DNA from: Lama guanicoe
Lineage: Eukaryota
DNA length: 64,000 bases
Assembly: GCA_013239625.1 (NCBI GenBank)
Contig: MU054391.1
Location: 8,341,095-8,405,094 of the forward strand
Reading direction: 5' to 3'
Position numbers and translations under genes: made by a program. Every line of letters begins with the position of its first letter. Within the stretch, counting starts at the first letter, position 1. Of this stretch, positions 25,881-38,353 are shown in pieces. The notes below the pieces were generated by a model, which saw only the letters and a program-made list of their open reading frames with translations, was not told the origin of the DNA and made no database searches.

Positions 25881-27649
25881 GAGACATAAAATACAGTTCC
25901 CTATAAGAAAAATGGGAAAGTGGGACACTGAAGTTCACTTCGGCTATAAAAATAATCCATGGATTAGACATTGCAAACACACCTAACCAGTGTGAACACA
26001 CAGTAGGGAAAAAAAACTATTATTTTCTTTATTTCTTCAGTAAAACAAAACTGGAACTGTTAAATGGGTCACCCAGTAAATGAAGGCTTTTGTTTGGCAA
26101 CAATGAAGGTGTAGGAAGTTAGACAATGAAAGGGATTTAGAGGAGATCAGTTACAAGGGTAAACCAGAAGTAAGAAATTGGGAAAAATCTTAAGCCAGGA
26201 ACATTTTAAAAGGGAAGACAATTGTAGCATTTCAAGACAATTTCCTTACAAGCGAAACTGGAAAGTTCATTCTCCTGAATCAGTGAATGAGTGGGCCCCA
26301 CTAGCTGAAAGCCTGTGGTTATGCAAAAAGAAAATTCCTAAATATTTTAAGTAAACAGGTATGTATTTCTCAATAAATAATTCCAGTTCTAATTTAAATC
26401 ACTAAACAAATATTAGAACATACTAAATTTTAATCACAAGACCCCAAGGAGATTAGCATATAATAATTCTTGTCCTGGTTTTCAAAACACTTGTCTTGTT
26501 TTCATGTACATGAAAACATTTCAAACAGTCCCAAAGCTGACTTTTACAACATCTTATTCTATACAGAAATTGGGATTGCCAGATTTGACAGTCCGTCTTG
26601 TCATTTTATAGGTCTTAATTTGATTACTGTAAAGAGGTATCTCACTTTTGTTTTAATCTTAATCTTTGTGATTACTCTTGAAGTTTATAATCTCTTCAGA
26701 TGGTCATTGTATATTTGGATCCAAATTCTGAATTGAGAGGATTTGTTTCATTTTTTGTTGGTTTGTTTTTACCTCTTAACAACTTTAAGTTAACTATTCT
26801 TAAAGATTATGTGGCTCCTGTTCTGGAATTCACCAATCTAATAGCCATTTTTTTGTGAATAATCAATCTTTCTTCTCTGGGGCAGTTTTTAACATCTCCA
26901 TATTTAGCATTCTGAAGGTTCCCTAAAATATGCAGAATTATGTTTTATACATGGAGTTATTTGTGCCTCCAAGTTCTGATGATTCATGTCTTTCTCCAAT
27001 TTGAGGTATTTCTCACTTATAATCTACTCAGATATGGCTACTCCCTTTTTTCTCTATTATTATATACTTGTTGAGGGAGGAAAAACATGTTCTTCATTCC
27101 TGATTCTTTTCACATTGCTGGGAGCTACTGGCATTTCACACTAACGCTTCTCCATCTCCTTACTAATACCGCCATGAGGATAGAAGCGGAGTAAATTCCA
27201 TGGGCAACTGTTTGGTAACAGAATTAAGGCTGGCATGCGTAAGTCAGTTGTGGTGTTGGACTCCAACTTAGAGGAGGCAGGAGGACCTCCATGCTTAAGC
27301 CTGGCTGGGTCTTGCACTGCTGTGACAAACGGCGTCAAGTGTCCTAAGCCTGAGGTGGGTTGAAAGGCTCATTTCACACTCAATCTTGCTTTATTTCTTA
27401 ATGTGTTCTAAACATCACCATTGAAAATAACACCATTTATTAGATGTTTCTTTGGGGGTCCAGCATTTCTGGAATAATTACAAATGTGACATATTGTTCA
27501 CTTTCAAGATTGCCATTTCAGTCTCTTAAAAATCAGCTTGATGATTTTTTCTTTGCTTCACATTTTTATGACATTTAATTATTTAAGATTTTCATATTAT
27601 ACTTTATATTCTGCTTTAATATTTATTCTAGATTCTTTAGGAGTCAAAT

Positions 27650-28026
27650 GCTGCTGTTGCCAAAGCTATAGAAAACAGAGGTTTTGCTAAATTAGTGTTC
27701 CACTGTCCATCACCGAGCTTCCTGGTACAAGAAACAGTTTTGATGCAGAAGTGGAAAAGAGCCAGCTTCTTGGTACTTATCCTCAATCTTCCTGGGTTTT
27801 AAGAGGCAGCAGTTTTAATTTTGGCAGAGACTAGGAGTGACCTCATTACATCACTCACAGAGGGGGACAGAACTGAAGTTCTGTGGGAGTCATTCCAAGA
27901 GGTCCAACCTGAAGCCTTCTCTTTTAGTTTTCCCTGAATATTGGAAGCACCTGTTCCCCTGTATTAAATCACTTCTAGCTTTAAAGTCCAGGAGTAGTTT
28001 GTGCTACCTAACTCGACTTTCATACA
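27650..28026 (+). mobile_element. ERVL LTR (LTR33-like)
   Basis: gtcattccaagaggtccaacctgaagcc..aagcacctgttcccctgtattaaatcacttctagc..ttcataca terminus. Confidence 0.6.
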
Positions 28027-28389
28027 AATTCAGATTTTGTTTCTGTTGACCTTCCTTGCCAGAGTGTAACAAAGAGAATCACACATTACATAAATCTGAT
28101 GCACATCTCTTCAAAATCAATATTGTACTTAATGAAACTTTTCAATCCCTTATACCATGGTCATTTAGCTTCCAACCAAGAAATGAATCAGGACAGCAAA
28201 ATATTAAATAGCACTACGGAACTCAAAATGCAAAGCAACACTCCCCTTTCCATAGCTCTCCATTTTATCATGCCATTCCTCCTAGAGAAATCTAAAGTAT
28301 GTGAATGACAGTATTTCCATAAGCTGCCGTATTTCTCCTAGATAGTTTAGGTTTTTTTAGGGGAGATCCTCCCTCGTTCTTTCATTTTT

Positions 28390-28504
28390 TTTTAAATTGA
28401 AGCATAGTCAGTTTACAATGTTGTGTCAATTTCTGGTGTATAGTATAATAGTTCAGTCATACACATACACACATAGACTCGTATACATATTCTTTTTCAT
28501 TATA
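28390..28504 (-). mobile_element. Short L1 3' end (cetartiodactyl type) with TSD
   Basis: aaattgaagcatagtcagtttacaatgttgtgtcaatttctggtgtatag..ttcagtcatacac. Flanking repeats ctcgttctttcattttt (28373-28389) and cttattccttcattttt (28505-28521), 14/17 identical. Confidence 0.85.
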
Positions 28505-29059
28505 CTTATTCCTTCATTTTTATTTGTAGGAAGTCAAGCCATTGCTGACCAACCTACACATAAATGTGAGCTAGAGAATCAAGCTGGGGGCTTAATTTTC
28601 CAATATGTATAGAGCATCAGTTTCTCTTTCTGTTCAAGGCTCACTTCTCCCTATAACCTGCCTTGTGTTTTCATTCTCTGGAGGGTTCCCTGAGTTTTGT
28701 CTGATTACCCACTTCACAGTACTGCCACCCTTGTAATGCTAACACTTCTTTTGCATCATCAGTCAATTCTTTTCTTTCCACTTTTCATTTCCAGAATTGT
28801 ATAAGAAACACTCATTGGCATATGTTAGATTATGGTCATTTCTTCTTATTTTATTATTATTTAAGGTAGTCTTGGACCAAAAGGAAATATGAATATGTAA
28901 AGCCAGCTTATCATCTGGAATTTGAAAATGCAATTTATTAGAATATTTTAAGTTAAAACACAGATTATTTTACTTAAAATCAAAACTAAACCATTTACAT
29001 AACTTAATATGTGTAAAGAAGAGATACATACTGAAAAATATATATCTGTGTGTTTTTCA

Positions 29060-31327
29060 TCCTTTGAGTTAGAAAAATCACTCTACCTTCAATCCATCCT
29101 TGTTACCATTTTGCGATCTTCATCAGCCCTCTGCGCCTACTTTTTTACCTTGCTGAGATTCCACAGTCCCCGTCCTAATGTCATCCATATGGAAACCCTC
29201 ACTCTCCCTTCTCCAACGTCATCATACACTCACCCTGAACAAAAACCAAATTCCAAGGAAATGCAGCTATCTGCCTGTTTCTTTTCCACACTCAAGCAGC
29301 AGAATGTGATACAGAAAGAAAAATTTACAGCTGTGCTGGGAGTGTTCTCACTTTAAATGTTTGACCACATATTTCAAGTAAGCACACACAATATTTTGTA
29401 GGCAATGGCACTGGAGTTCTCTTGTCAATTAATTTTCCCTTTCTCCAAGACAGCTACTTGAAACCACTCATCCTCGTCCAACTAGCATCACCTCTTCATT
29501 TCTTATTTTTTCACTTCAGATTTTACTGAGAAATGTAAGCAAACAAAATACAGTGTCCCATCTTCTCTATTTCACTATCAAATTTATCAGTCTCCCTATA
29601 TTTCTCCCACTCTACCATATATCTTGTTAAATAAAACAATAAAAAATAAAAATAACCCCCATTTCTACCTAAAACCAACTCTAAATACCAACTCTTCAGT
29701 GTCCACTGGGTTCTGTACCCTCTTGTTTGCCCAAGGACTTGACTGATACAATTGTCTCGTGAAGCACTCATGTCTCCCACTGTGTTATATCTTTCCCATC
29801 AGCATCAAATAATATGGTAATATCTGCCATCTGAAAAAAAAAATCATCTGTAGAACCCCAATTTCTATTCACTCACCACTCCTTTTCTCAGCAACGCTCC
29901 TAGAACCAATTATTTACGGGGACGCACCTATCTTTTACCTTTCGTTCTCCTGTCAATCACTATAATCAGGTTTTAGACTCTATTACTCCACTGAAAGTGC
30001 TCTTGTCAAGCTCACAGACATCTTCCATTTTGCTAAATCCAACGGCCAACTGTTACTGTCCATCTTACTTCACCTTTCAACAGCTTTTGAAACAGTTAAT
30101 CACTGCCCTTTTTTTTGGAATTTCTTCTTAGATTCTGGAGCAACTTAATATTCAGACTATTTCCTCCCCCCCTCACTGGCAAGTCCTGTTCATCCTCCTT
30201 CTCTGGCTTCTCACTTTCATCCTGGTCTCTAGATGTTGTGGGGTCGCTGACCTGAGTCCGTTAGTTTCTCTTTCCTGACTCCGTAGACTTCTTCAACCAT
30301 CTCACACAGTCTTAAGATGGTAAATACATGCCATTGGCTTCCAAATACCTCTAGCGCTTATTTATCCCCTAAATTCCAGACTCATATGTCTGCTACTCGT
30401 CATCTTCACTTGTACGTCTAGTGCTTCAAGTTAATGTTCAAAACAAAACTCTTTCCTTTAAAACACAAAAACACTCCTCACAGTCTTCATTACCTTTATA
30501 AACAGCACAAGATTGCTTAGACCCCTAACTGAAGTCACTCTTCCATTTCCTGCTTGCCTCTCACCCAGTAAGCAACTGATTTAGCAAATCCCAGTCTGCT
30601 CAAATCAATCACATACATTCCACCCCAATCATTTCTCACCACCATCAGTAACGCTACTCTAATCCAAACCACTGCCTTGTCTTGCTTCAGTTAAAATAAT
30701 TCTTTAAGCAGTCACCTTGTTTTCAGTTACCAGGCTCTCTTGATCAGCTTTCCCTACAGCAGCCATGGTTGTCTTTTAAAAACAGAGCACGTCACTTCTC
30801 TGATTAAACTCCTCCAATGACTTACGGTCCGACATGGAACTCAGTCTAAACTTGACTGTAGCCGACAAGATCTGACATGATCAGGCCCTGCTTTACCCTT
30901 CAGACCCCCTTTCTATCACTTGCCTCCTTATTCATTATTTCCCTTGACCACTCTGGCTTCATTGCCCATCCTCAACAGCCCGATCTCAGGGCCTTTGTAC
31001 TTCCTCCTCCTAGAATGTGCTTCTGCAGAATTTTCCGCTACTGGGTTCTTTTTATCCTTCAGATTTCTGCCCAGAGCTTTCCTTCTCAGAGAACTTCCCT
31101 GGTTATTTTTAATACTTTAATACTTTAATACTTTTTAATACACATATTTTTTCCCTAGAACTTACAAATAGTTAACAGTATATTTTAATTATTTATTTTC
31201 TATCCTCCCGTTATATTATATTATGTGCCAGGGGTTGGTTCTCTTGCTTATTGGTGTTTTCCTAGATGCTTATAAAAGTGTCTGGCACATGGTGGGTGTT
31301 AAATAAATATTTATCAAGTGAACAAAT
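29060..31327 (+). mobile_element. Long (~2.3 kb) LINE-2 (L2a-like) ORF2 and 3' end
   Basis: tactccactgaaagtgctcttgtcaagctcac..tgctaaatccaacggcc..catcttacttcacctttcaacagcttttgaaacagttaatcac. Ends gtgtctggcacatggtgggtgttaaataaatatttatcaagtgaa. Confidence 0.85.
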
Positions 31328-31504
31328 ACTTTGTGCCATACTTTATCCAGCATCTTATATTGGAAACAACTTTATAGTTTGTTAAATATTTCCATATACA
31401 TTTATGTTAAGTGGCTTGCTAAAGCTAAACATCAGACATCTGTCTAAAATCTATTCCTTCTATCAGAAATATGTGACTATATATAAAGTGTTAACAAACA
31501 TTAT

Positions 31505-31740
31505 GGTAACAGCTAGTATTCACTGAACTACTATATAACAAATAATGGCACTTTGGGTACATTGCTTCAGTCTATACTCAGAATGAGTATTTATATTATA
31601 TACTGTGTTCTCCGTTTTACAGAATTAGTAACTGAGACTGAGTCAAGTTCAATTATTTACTGGTGGTCACCCCTGCAAAGGTGAGCCCACTGATTAAAAC
31701 TCAGGTCTGTTTGACTCCAAACCCATGCTACTTACACCAA
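31505..31740 (-). mobile_element. MIR SINE
   Basis: ctccgttttacagaattagtaactgagactgag..aaactcaggtctgtttgactccaaacccatgct. Confidence 0.7.
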
Positions 31741-33436
31741 CTCCCTTCTCAGATTAGAGCCCCAATATAACTCATCTGCATTAGTAACCACATGACTCAC
31801 ACCTACTTATAAAGGTTTTTATGTCATTTTTATTTCACTTCAGCACTCAAACACATCCCTCCCTATGTTCAGTTGGTCTGAGTCTGACACAGACTTCAGT
31901 GAATTTATTTAAACGTTAATTTGATTTGATGGTGTTCTTGGAAGGATCAGTTTAATTCCTTAATTTCCCATAAACGCTCATTACAGCCAGACGTCTTCCC
32001 TGAACAGCACCGGTTCTGGCTCCTGTGAATGACTGCTCATATGCTATGGCTGTTATGGTTGGTGCATTCTTCTCTATAAGGAGATCGTTTGTGTAGGCTC
32101 CTACAACTTGTGAGATAGGGATTTATAGAAAACAGATTGACAGGTGTCCCTTACAACAGTGTTCCACTGTTGGGACAGAATGGCATTTGGCTGCACCACA
32201 GAGAGTTGAGCTTAATTAAAAACATATGCATGAGCCTGGCTTATCTCAGGCACTTTGCTAGGCACTGTAGAGTCAAAGCGGAGCAAAAACGCCTGGCCAG
32301 GGAAGAAGTTATAGCATGAGGGGAGTCAAGGGCTACTTAAAGTAGCAGCAAAATTCCTCTGCTTTATGAATAAGAGGAGAATCCAGCTTAGGTAAATTGC
32401 GGTCAACTGGATATACCTACTTGTTATAATAGGCTGATTACTCATGTTTACTGGATTTCTACTAAAGAGATGGGGGTTTGGGCCAACATGCCTAGTACTC
32501 TTTATGGCCACAGCAATCCTACTTGTGGGCAGGCCTGGTATTTAATTATGAAGTTAGAGTGACTGGCTCTTTTTCTATTGCTTCCTTTCTGATGACTCTC
32601 ACTTATTTGAGAAAGACTGTTATTGTCAAATATCTTTGCAGTCAAGTTGTGAGAACAAACAGTACTACTTGAATCTGGAAGCCAGGGACTTACATCAAGG
32701 ATTAAATATACATGTGCACTTGCTCTTACGTGGGTGTATATGTGTATGTATGTCTGCGTGTATGTTTGTACTGAACCCAATCATAGCTTTCACTCTGTAA
32801 TAACAGAATAAAGAATTCTTAGGAGTAAATATGTAAAATAGTCATACATTAGATCAAACCAGCAAAATACTGTGGATAAGCCATTTTACTTGTTTTTTCC
32901 TATAACCAGCACTAAAACACTGACAGCAACGTTCAGGAAGCATGGCAGAACATGGGAATTGTTCTGTGACATTGTGCTCAGATATTCTTCTGTTAGAGAT
33001 AATATGAAAGCAAAACAATAACTAAAACTGACTTAACCCACACTGTGCCACAAGTCCAGTTCACCACACAGAGAGCACATACACGCCCACAAGCACATAG
33101 ACTCGCGTGCATGTCTGCTGAGCTTTACATGGTTACATCAGCGGTGTGTTTCACTCAGAGCTCAACTCCACTCTCCACACAGAGATACTTGAGTGTATTT
33201 CCCTTCAAAGATCCTACATTTTCAAACAGCGAATCCTGGATAAGAACTGCCTTGTTTAACCTATGCTTTAACTTACGTTTTTGACCCCAAAACACAAATA
33301 TTTCAGAAGCAATGGAAAGTCTCAGTTGTTGTCAAAAAGGTTTAACAGAAAAAGCACAATTATCTTGATGAATTATCCAGCCACCCACAAATTCAGTCAG
33401 ACTTGGGCTCAATTTTTCTTCATTTACAATTTCTCT

Positions 33437-33615
33437 GGGGGGAGGGTATAGCTCAGTGGAGGAGTGCATGCCTAGCATGCACGAGGTCCTCCCTTAAAAT
33501 AAATAAATAAATAAACCTGATTACCTCCCCTCCCAAAAATAGTTAAATAAATCCAGGAAAAAAAAAAAAAAACTCTCTGGTCCCAAAAATTATTTTAAAA
33601 ATAAATAAATAAAAA
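33437..33615 (+). mobile_element. tRNA-derived SINE, camelid Vic-1-like, B-box deleted
   Basis: ggggagggtatagctcagtggaggagtgcatgcctagcatgcacgaggtcct (tRNA head with A-box tagctcagtgg), then (aaat)n, aaacctgattacctcccc and an A-rich tail. Confidence 0.85.
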
Positions 33616-33994
33616 TGAATTTTCTTGGGCAAGATGTAAACATCGCTATAAATATCTTTGTCTTCTATATAAAAGTTTTAATAAACATTAACTGATAAAA
33701 TTATACAAAGACTTAGAAACTTTGAAGTCCTACGTAAATGTGAATTATTAGTTTTTATCCATTAACTCTTTCCCAATATGATAATTCTAACTTTTAAATA
33801 TAGAAACCCTAGCTACCCAGAATCTTCAGAGTGTATTAATTTGTTTACGATTCTAAACTATGAAGTCCCATGATTCTATGAACAACTGTGAAGCTCTCTT
33901 TGACCAAGTGAAAGGCTTGGAGTAACTAAAATGCCTTTCCTCTACAGTTCAAGTTAATATTATCAGGAAGTTCCAGAACACCTTATTACCCACA

Positions 33995-35030
33995 TTATTC
34001 TTTAGCTGTTTTACTAAAATGTAATGTAGATAGAATAGTCACATACCTTAAATATGCCTTTGAACTTAGATAACTCTGTATAGTTGTATAACCAACACCA
34101 TAATCAAAATATAGAACATTGTTATTATCCCCAAAATTCCCCTTGCCTCCTCCCCAAGTCCCTCAAGTAAGGTCCCAGGCAGCCAAAGACCAGCTGCTAT
34201 CATATATTTTTCTAGGCTTCCACATAAATGGAATCTACAATATATATTCTTGCTGCCTGGCTTCTCTAGCACAGCATAATGTTTCTGAGATTCATCCCTG
34301 TTGTTGCATATAGAAATAATTCAGTCTTCTTTATTACTAAATACTATCCATAATAATATATCACCATCTGTTTATCTATTCACCTGCTGGACATTGGTTT
34401 ATTTTTATAGGCTTTCACAAATAAAATTGCCACAAATATTTTTATATTGACTGCTCTGGACTAAATTTTGTCCCCCAAAATTCGTATGTTGAAGCCCTAA
34501 CCCCCAATATGATGGTATTCAAAGATGAGGCATTTGGGAGGTGATTAGGTTTGTATGGGGTCCTGAGGGTGGGTCCTTTCTGCCCCTGCAGAAAGACGAG
34601 AGGGCTTGCTCACTCTGTCTGCCGTGTGACAGTGCAGCAGAAAGATGACCATCTGCAAGCCAGGAATGGCACTCTCACCACAGCAAGCCCATGCTGGCAT
34701 CCTGATCTCGGAATTTGAGCCTTCTGAACTGTGAGAAGGAAATTTCTGTTATTTACGCCACCCAGTCTATGATATTTTCTTACAGTAGCACAAGCTAAGA
34801 CACTGACCTTTGGACATATGTTTTCAATTTCCTTGGGTAAATTCATAAAAATAAATGAAATTATGGGTATGGTTAATTTGTATGTTAACTATGTTAACTA
34901 AATTGACAAACTGTTTTTCAAAGTGTTCGAATCACCTTACATTTCCACTGTCATTTTTCCATTGTGTCAATATGTAAGTTTCAGTTCTATGTTGTCAGAA
35001 AAACTTTATGTTGTCAGTTTGATCTTCCCA
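33995..35030 (-). mobile_element. L1ME/L1MB-like 3' region split by an MLT1A LTR
   Basis: accataatcaaaatatagaacatt..cataaatggaatctac..cagcataatgtttctgagattcatcc. Resumes after the LTR with tggacatatgttttcaatttccttgggtaaat. Confidence 0.8.
34452..34802 (+). mobile_element. MLT1A0-like solo LTR (ERVL-MaLR)
   Basis: tgctctggactaaattttgtcccccaaaattcgtatgttgaagccctaacccccaat ... caagctaagaca. 5-bp TSD ttgac/ctgac. Confidence 0.9.
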
Positions 35031-35079
35031 TAATCAAGAACAAAAGTCAAACATAAAACAAAGTTGAAAAATTTTACTA

Positions 35080-36350
35080 GGAATATTTGTATTCCAGCAC
35101 CTCGATTGTACTGTTAGCATACTTTTCATCACAGGTCTATTTCTCTACATATCCCCCACCCTTCCATTAATCTAAGTTATTTTCCGTGCATTTCAAAGTA
35201 AATTGTAGACATTGGTGCACTCTTTTCTGAATAATTTAACATTCAAATCATTAAACAGACTTCACCATTTGTTTACATTTTTAAATTGAGGTAAATTTTA
35301 ATACATTTGAATACACAAGTGAAAGTACACCCTTGATGAGTTTTGGAAAATGCTTGTATCTGGTGGACTAATGTCTAAAGAAGGAAAACAAAGATCACCT
35401 CAGAAGTTCTCCTCAGGCCGTCACTGCTAATGGAAATCAATACTCTGACTCTGCCATCATAGATTGGTTTTGCCTTTTCTAGATTTTTACTTTGTTCTCC
35501 CTGCATCATACTGAACCATACATACTGAGTTAAAAAAAAAAAAAAACTTTTGTCACACACCCTCAGGCATGGAATTTTCAGTACTTTGTTTCAGACAAGG
35601 TTTGTACCCTTGGGCAAAGGTGCTGAGCTCTGAGAAATCGCTACCTCTAAGCAGAAGCTCTGCAACACCGCACAGGAATGGGATTCAACAGCAGTGCCCT
35701 GCCACCCACAGAGTGACACCCCTGCTCTGTGAGTGGGTGCTTGGGGGCAGTGGCAGTGACAGCCCCTGTTCCTCTCAGCTTGTCCACGGAGTCATGGGAC
35801 CTCCACCCTGTAAGTGTGCTGGATCAGGGGTGACCGAGGTTGAGTATTCTCAGCCTGCCAGGTTTAAAGCAGAACTTCTAGCCAGGAGCAAGGGCTGGGT
35901 GGAGGAGAGGCGCTTTGTCTCAGTCCTCTAAGCTGTACCAGCTAGAAGAGCTTCTGCATCACGCGGCTGTGACACATGGGCAGGACTAGCGGCCTCCTCT
36001 CCCGTAGTGAAACGCAGACTGGGAACCTGAAGGTGACAGGAACTTCCTTCCCCCATCCCAGCTGCTCGGCTACCCCTTCCTGCCATAAACCCCCAAGAGT
36101 AGTTTCCGTAAGATGGCACTCCGGTGGGGGGGGACAGAAGGGTTTGTGGATCAAATTCTGATGACTCTTGCCATTCTTACTGATGTTAATTAGAATGTTT
36201 TGAATAAAAGTTTTTACATTTTACATTGCAGTACACCCTTAGAAAAATTTTCAGAAATTACAGAGGATCAGGTTTGGTAACCTTTTTTCTGGTTTAATGC
36301 TTATTTTTTTTTGAGAGTGTGCCCCTCTTCTCACCCACCATTCCAGAAGT
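35080..36350 (-). mobile_element. Old L1 (L1MC/L1ME-like): 3' UTR piece joined to a GC-richer 5' UTR piece
   Basis: tgcatttcaaagtaaattgtagacatt and catcatagattggttttgccttttctaga (3' UTR). 35575-36350 ends ttgaataaa..cccttagaaaaattttcaga..caccattccagaagt, like old L1 5' termini. Confidence 0.65.
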
Positions 36351-36364
36351 AGAAGCCCGTGAAG

Positions 36365-37465
36365 TCCATTCTTTCATTCCATAAATTGGTAATCTGTGTT
36401 TTCTCTTGTATTTTCTTTTTGGATCAGTTTAGCCAGAGGTTTATGAATTTAGTTCAAGATTTCTGAACAGCTACTTTCATTTTCACTGAATTTTCTCTAT
36501 TGTTAGGTTTTTTCTCTTTAATCTGTTTCAACTTTCATTTTTTATTTTTTTCTCCGTTGATGTTGTTATTTTTATTTTGTTTCTCCAGCTTCTAAAGGTC
36601 ATTGGTTTTAAACCTTTCCTCTCTTTTAATATAATAACTGAAAGCACTAAATTTTCCTCTAGTCACTTTTTTAGCTGCATCCCACAAATATTCTTTCAGT
36701 TAAAAATCTTTAAATTTTCCTTTTGATTTCTTCTTTGACTTTCAGTTACTTACATGTAGTTGTCCAAACATTTGGGGATTTTTTACACATATTGTTTTGT
36801 TATCAATTTCCAGGTTATTTTGTGATTCTAAAATAAACTCTGTACATTTGCAATCTTCTCAACTTATTGAGAGCCCTTTTTTGCCCCACCATATGGTCTA
36901 TCTTGATGACTGTTTCACTTCGATTTGAAAATAAAATGTATTTTCTGTTGGCAGTAGAGTGATTTCAATTAAGTTGAGTTGGCTAATAGTGCTTCTTAAG
37001 TCTTATATATTTTTATTAATTTTCTATATATTATATCAATTACTGAAGGGGCATTGTTGACACTAGTAACTCAAATTTTGAATTTTTTATCTATGTATAT
37101 ATAATATATAAATATATTTTTTATTAGATAGATCCCCACTTCTTTCAGTGTTGCCTTTTATCCCTGTATCCAAAGCTGCTCTTATTCAGAATATTGAGAA
37201 AGCACATTTCCAAACTCCCCTTGAAATGAGTGGTTGCTGTGGGTTTAAGATTCTGCTTTCTCCAATCTCATAAGCAAAGTACAAATCATCCGTCCATCTT
37301 ACAATTTCCAGACTTTTCTCTCAATCTTTTATCTGCTGTCATCTTCTACCTCATTCTCTCCCACTTTAATTTTGAGGTTATGTGTTTTTCATTATTTTAT
37401 TGTCAGCTTAGGGTGGATTCTGGAGAGTCGACTAAATATACCTATATATCCACCATGTTTAACTG
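36365..37465 (-). mobile_element. Old L1 ORF2 N-terminal fragment plus L1ME-like 5' end
   Basis: gatcagtttagccagaggtttatgaattt, ttagctgcatcccacaaat, atatggtctatcttgatgactgtt. Terminus tccaccatgtttaactga. Confidence 0.7.
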
Positions 37466-38353
37466 ATACTAGCAATAGTTACCATAGTGAGATTCTTGAA
37501 ACAAAAACTTAATGTTTTATAATTTTAAAAATAGCTTAGTTATTTATGGTAATTCTGCTTATTAGAACAACATGCCATAATTTAAACAATTTTTTATAAA
37601 GAGTACATCCTTATGCAGAAAATGCTTGTGGTGAAGAATGGAATAATTTTACAGTCAGCATGACTGCAGTAGTATTTCAAAACATCCTTTAATGGGAAAG
37701 CAATAAGAGTTAAACGGTACCCTTCAACATGTTAGCAGTGCATAAAAGTGATAAAACTATAAATTATTTGTAATTATTTTACATCATGTCTGTGCTCCCT
37801 GTGTTTACTTCGATGACTAGACAACATTTTGATAAGGAAAGAGAAGTTGGACAATAGAGTATATGCATAGAAAAATGCCTTATTCACATCATAAAAGCTT
37901 CATTTCCAAGTCTTTGGTAAAAATCAACAGTGCCCCTTTCTACGCCTAGCTGGCCACTTGTTTCTACCAGCTGGACATACTGGCAATTCACCAAGAGAAT
38001 GGCGATCACACCTCATTTCCATAATCATGGAAACTGTTTAGCAGCTGCTGTTTCTTTTCTATTTAACCTTTCTATAGGAATATGTTCTTTGCAAAAGGAT
38101 TAGGGAATGACAATTAGTGAATCTTGGTACCAACAGTGTAGATAATGTAGACCCATGGAATAGCCAGCCATTAACTAGTTACCGAACTGTATGTGTATGT
38201 GTGTGTATATATATGTATATATTTATATATATATTCTCAAAACAAATATTTGTATCTGTTGAATGAAAGTTTGACTTCAACATGGCTATTATAAAAAATA
38301 CTGTACTCACTTTCTGTATGATAACAGAGAAATCTATTTGAAGTGACTTATAC

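Larger units (their letters stand above)
26540..28860 (-). mobile_element. Very old L1ME/HAL1-like remnants, interrupted several times
   Basis: ggtatctcacttttgttttaat.. (ORF2 end-like), gattcatgtctttctccaatttgaggtatttctcacttataat (ORF1-like antisense) and ttttcatttccagaatt (5' end-like). Confidence 0.45.

Noticed and set aside
33437..33500. tRNA gene
   Set aside because: No B-box/T-arm or acceptor stem, and it is followed by a SINE body and A-rich tail.
35569..36160. CpG island or gene promoter
   Set aside because: CpG density is modest, and the segment is better explained as an old L1 5' UTR remnant.
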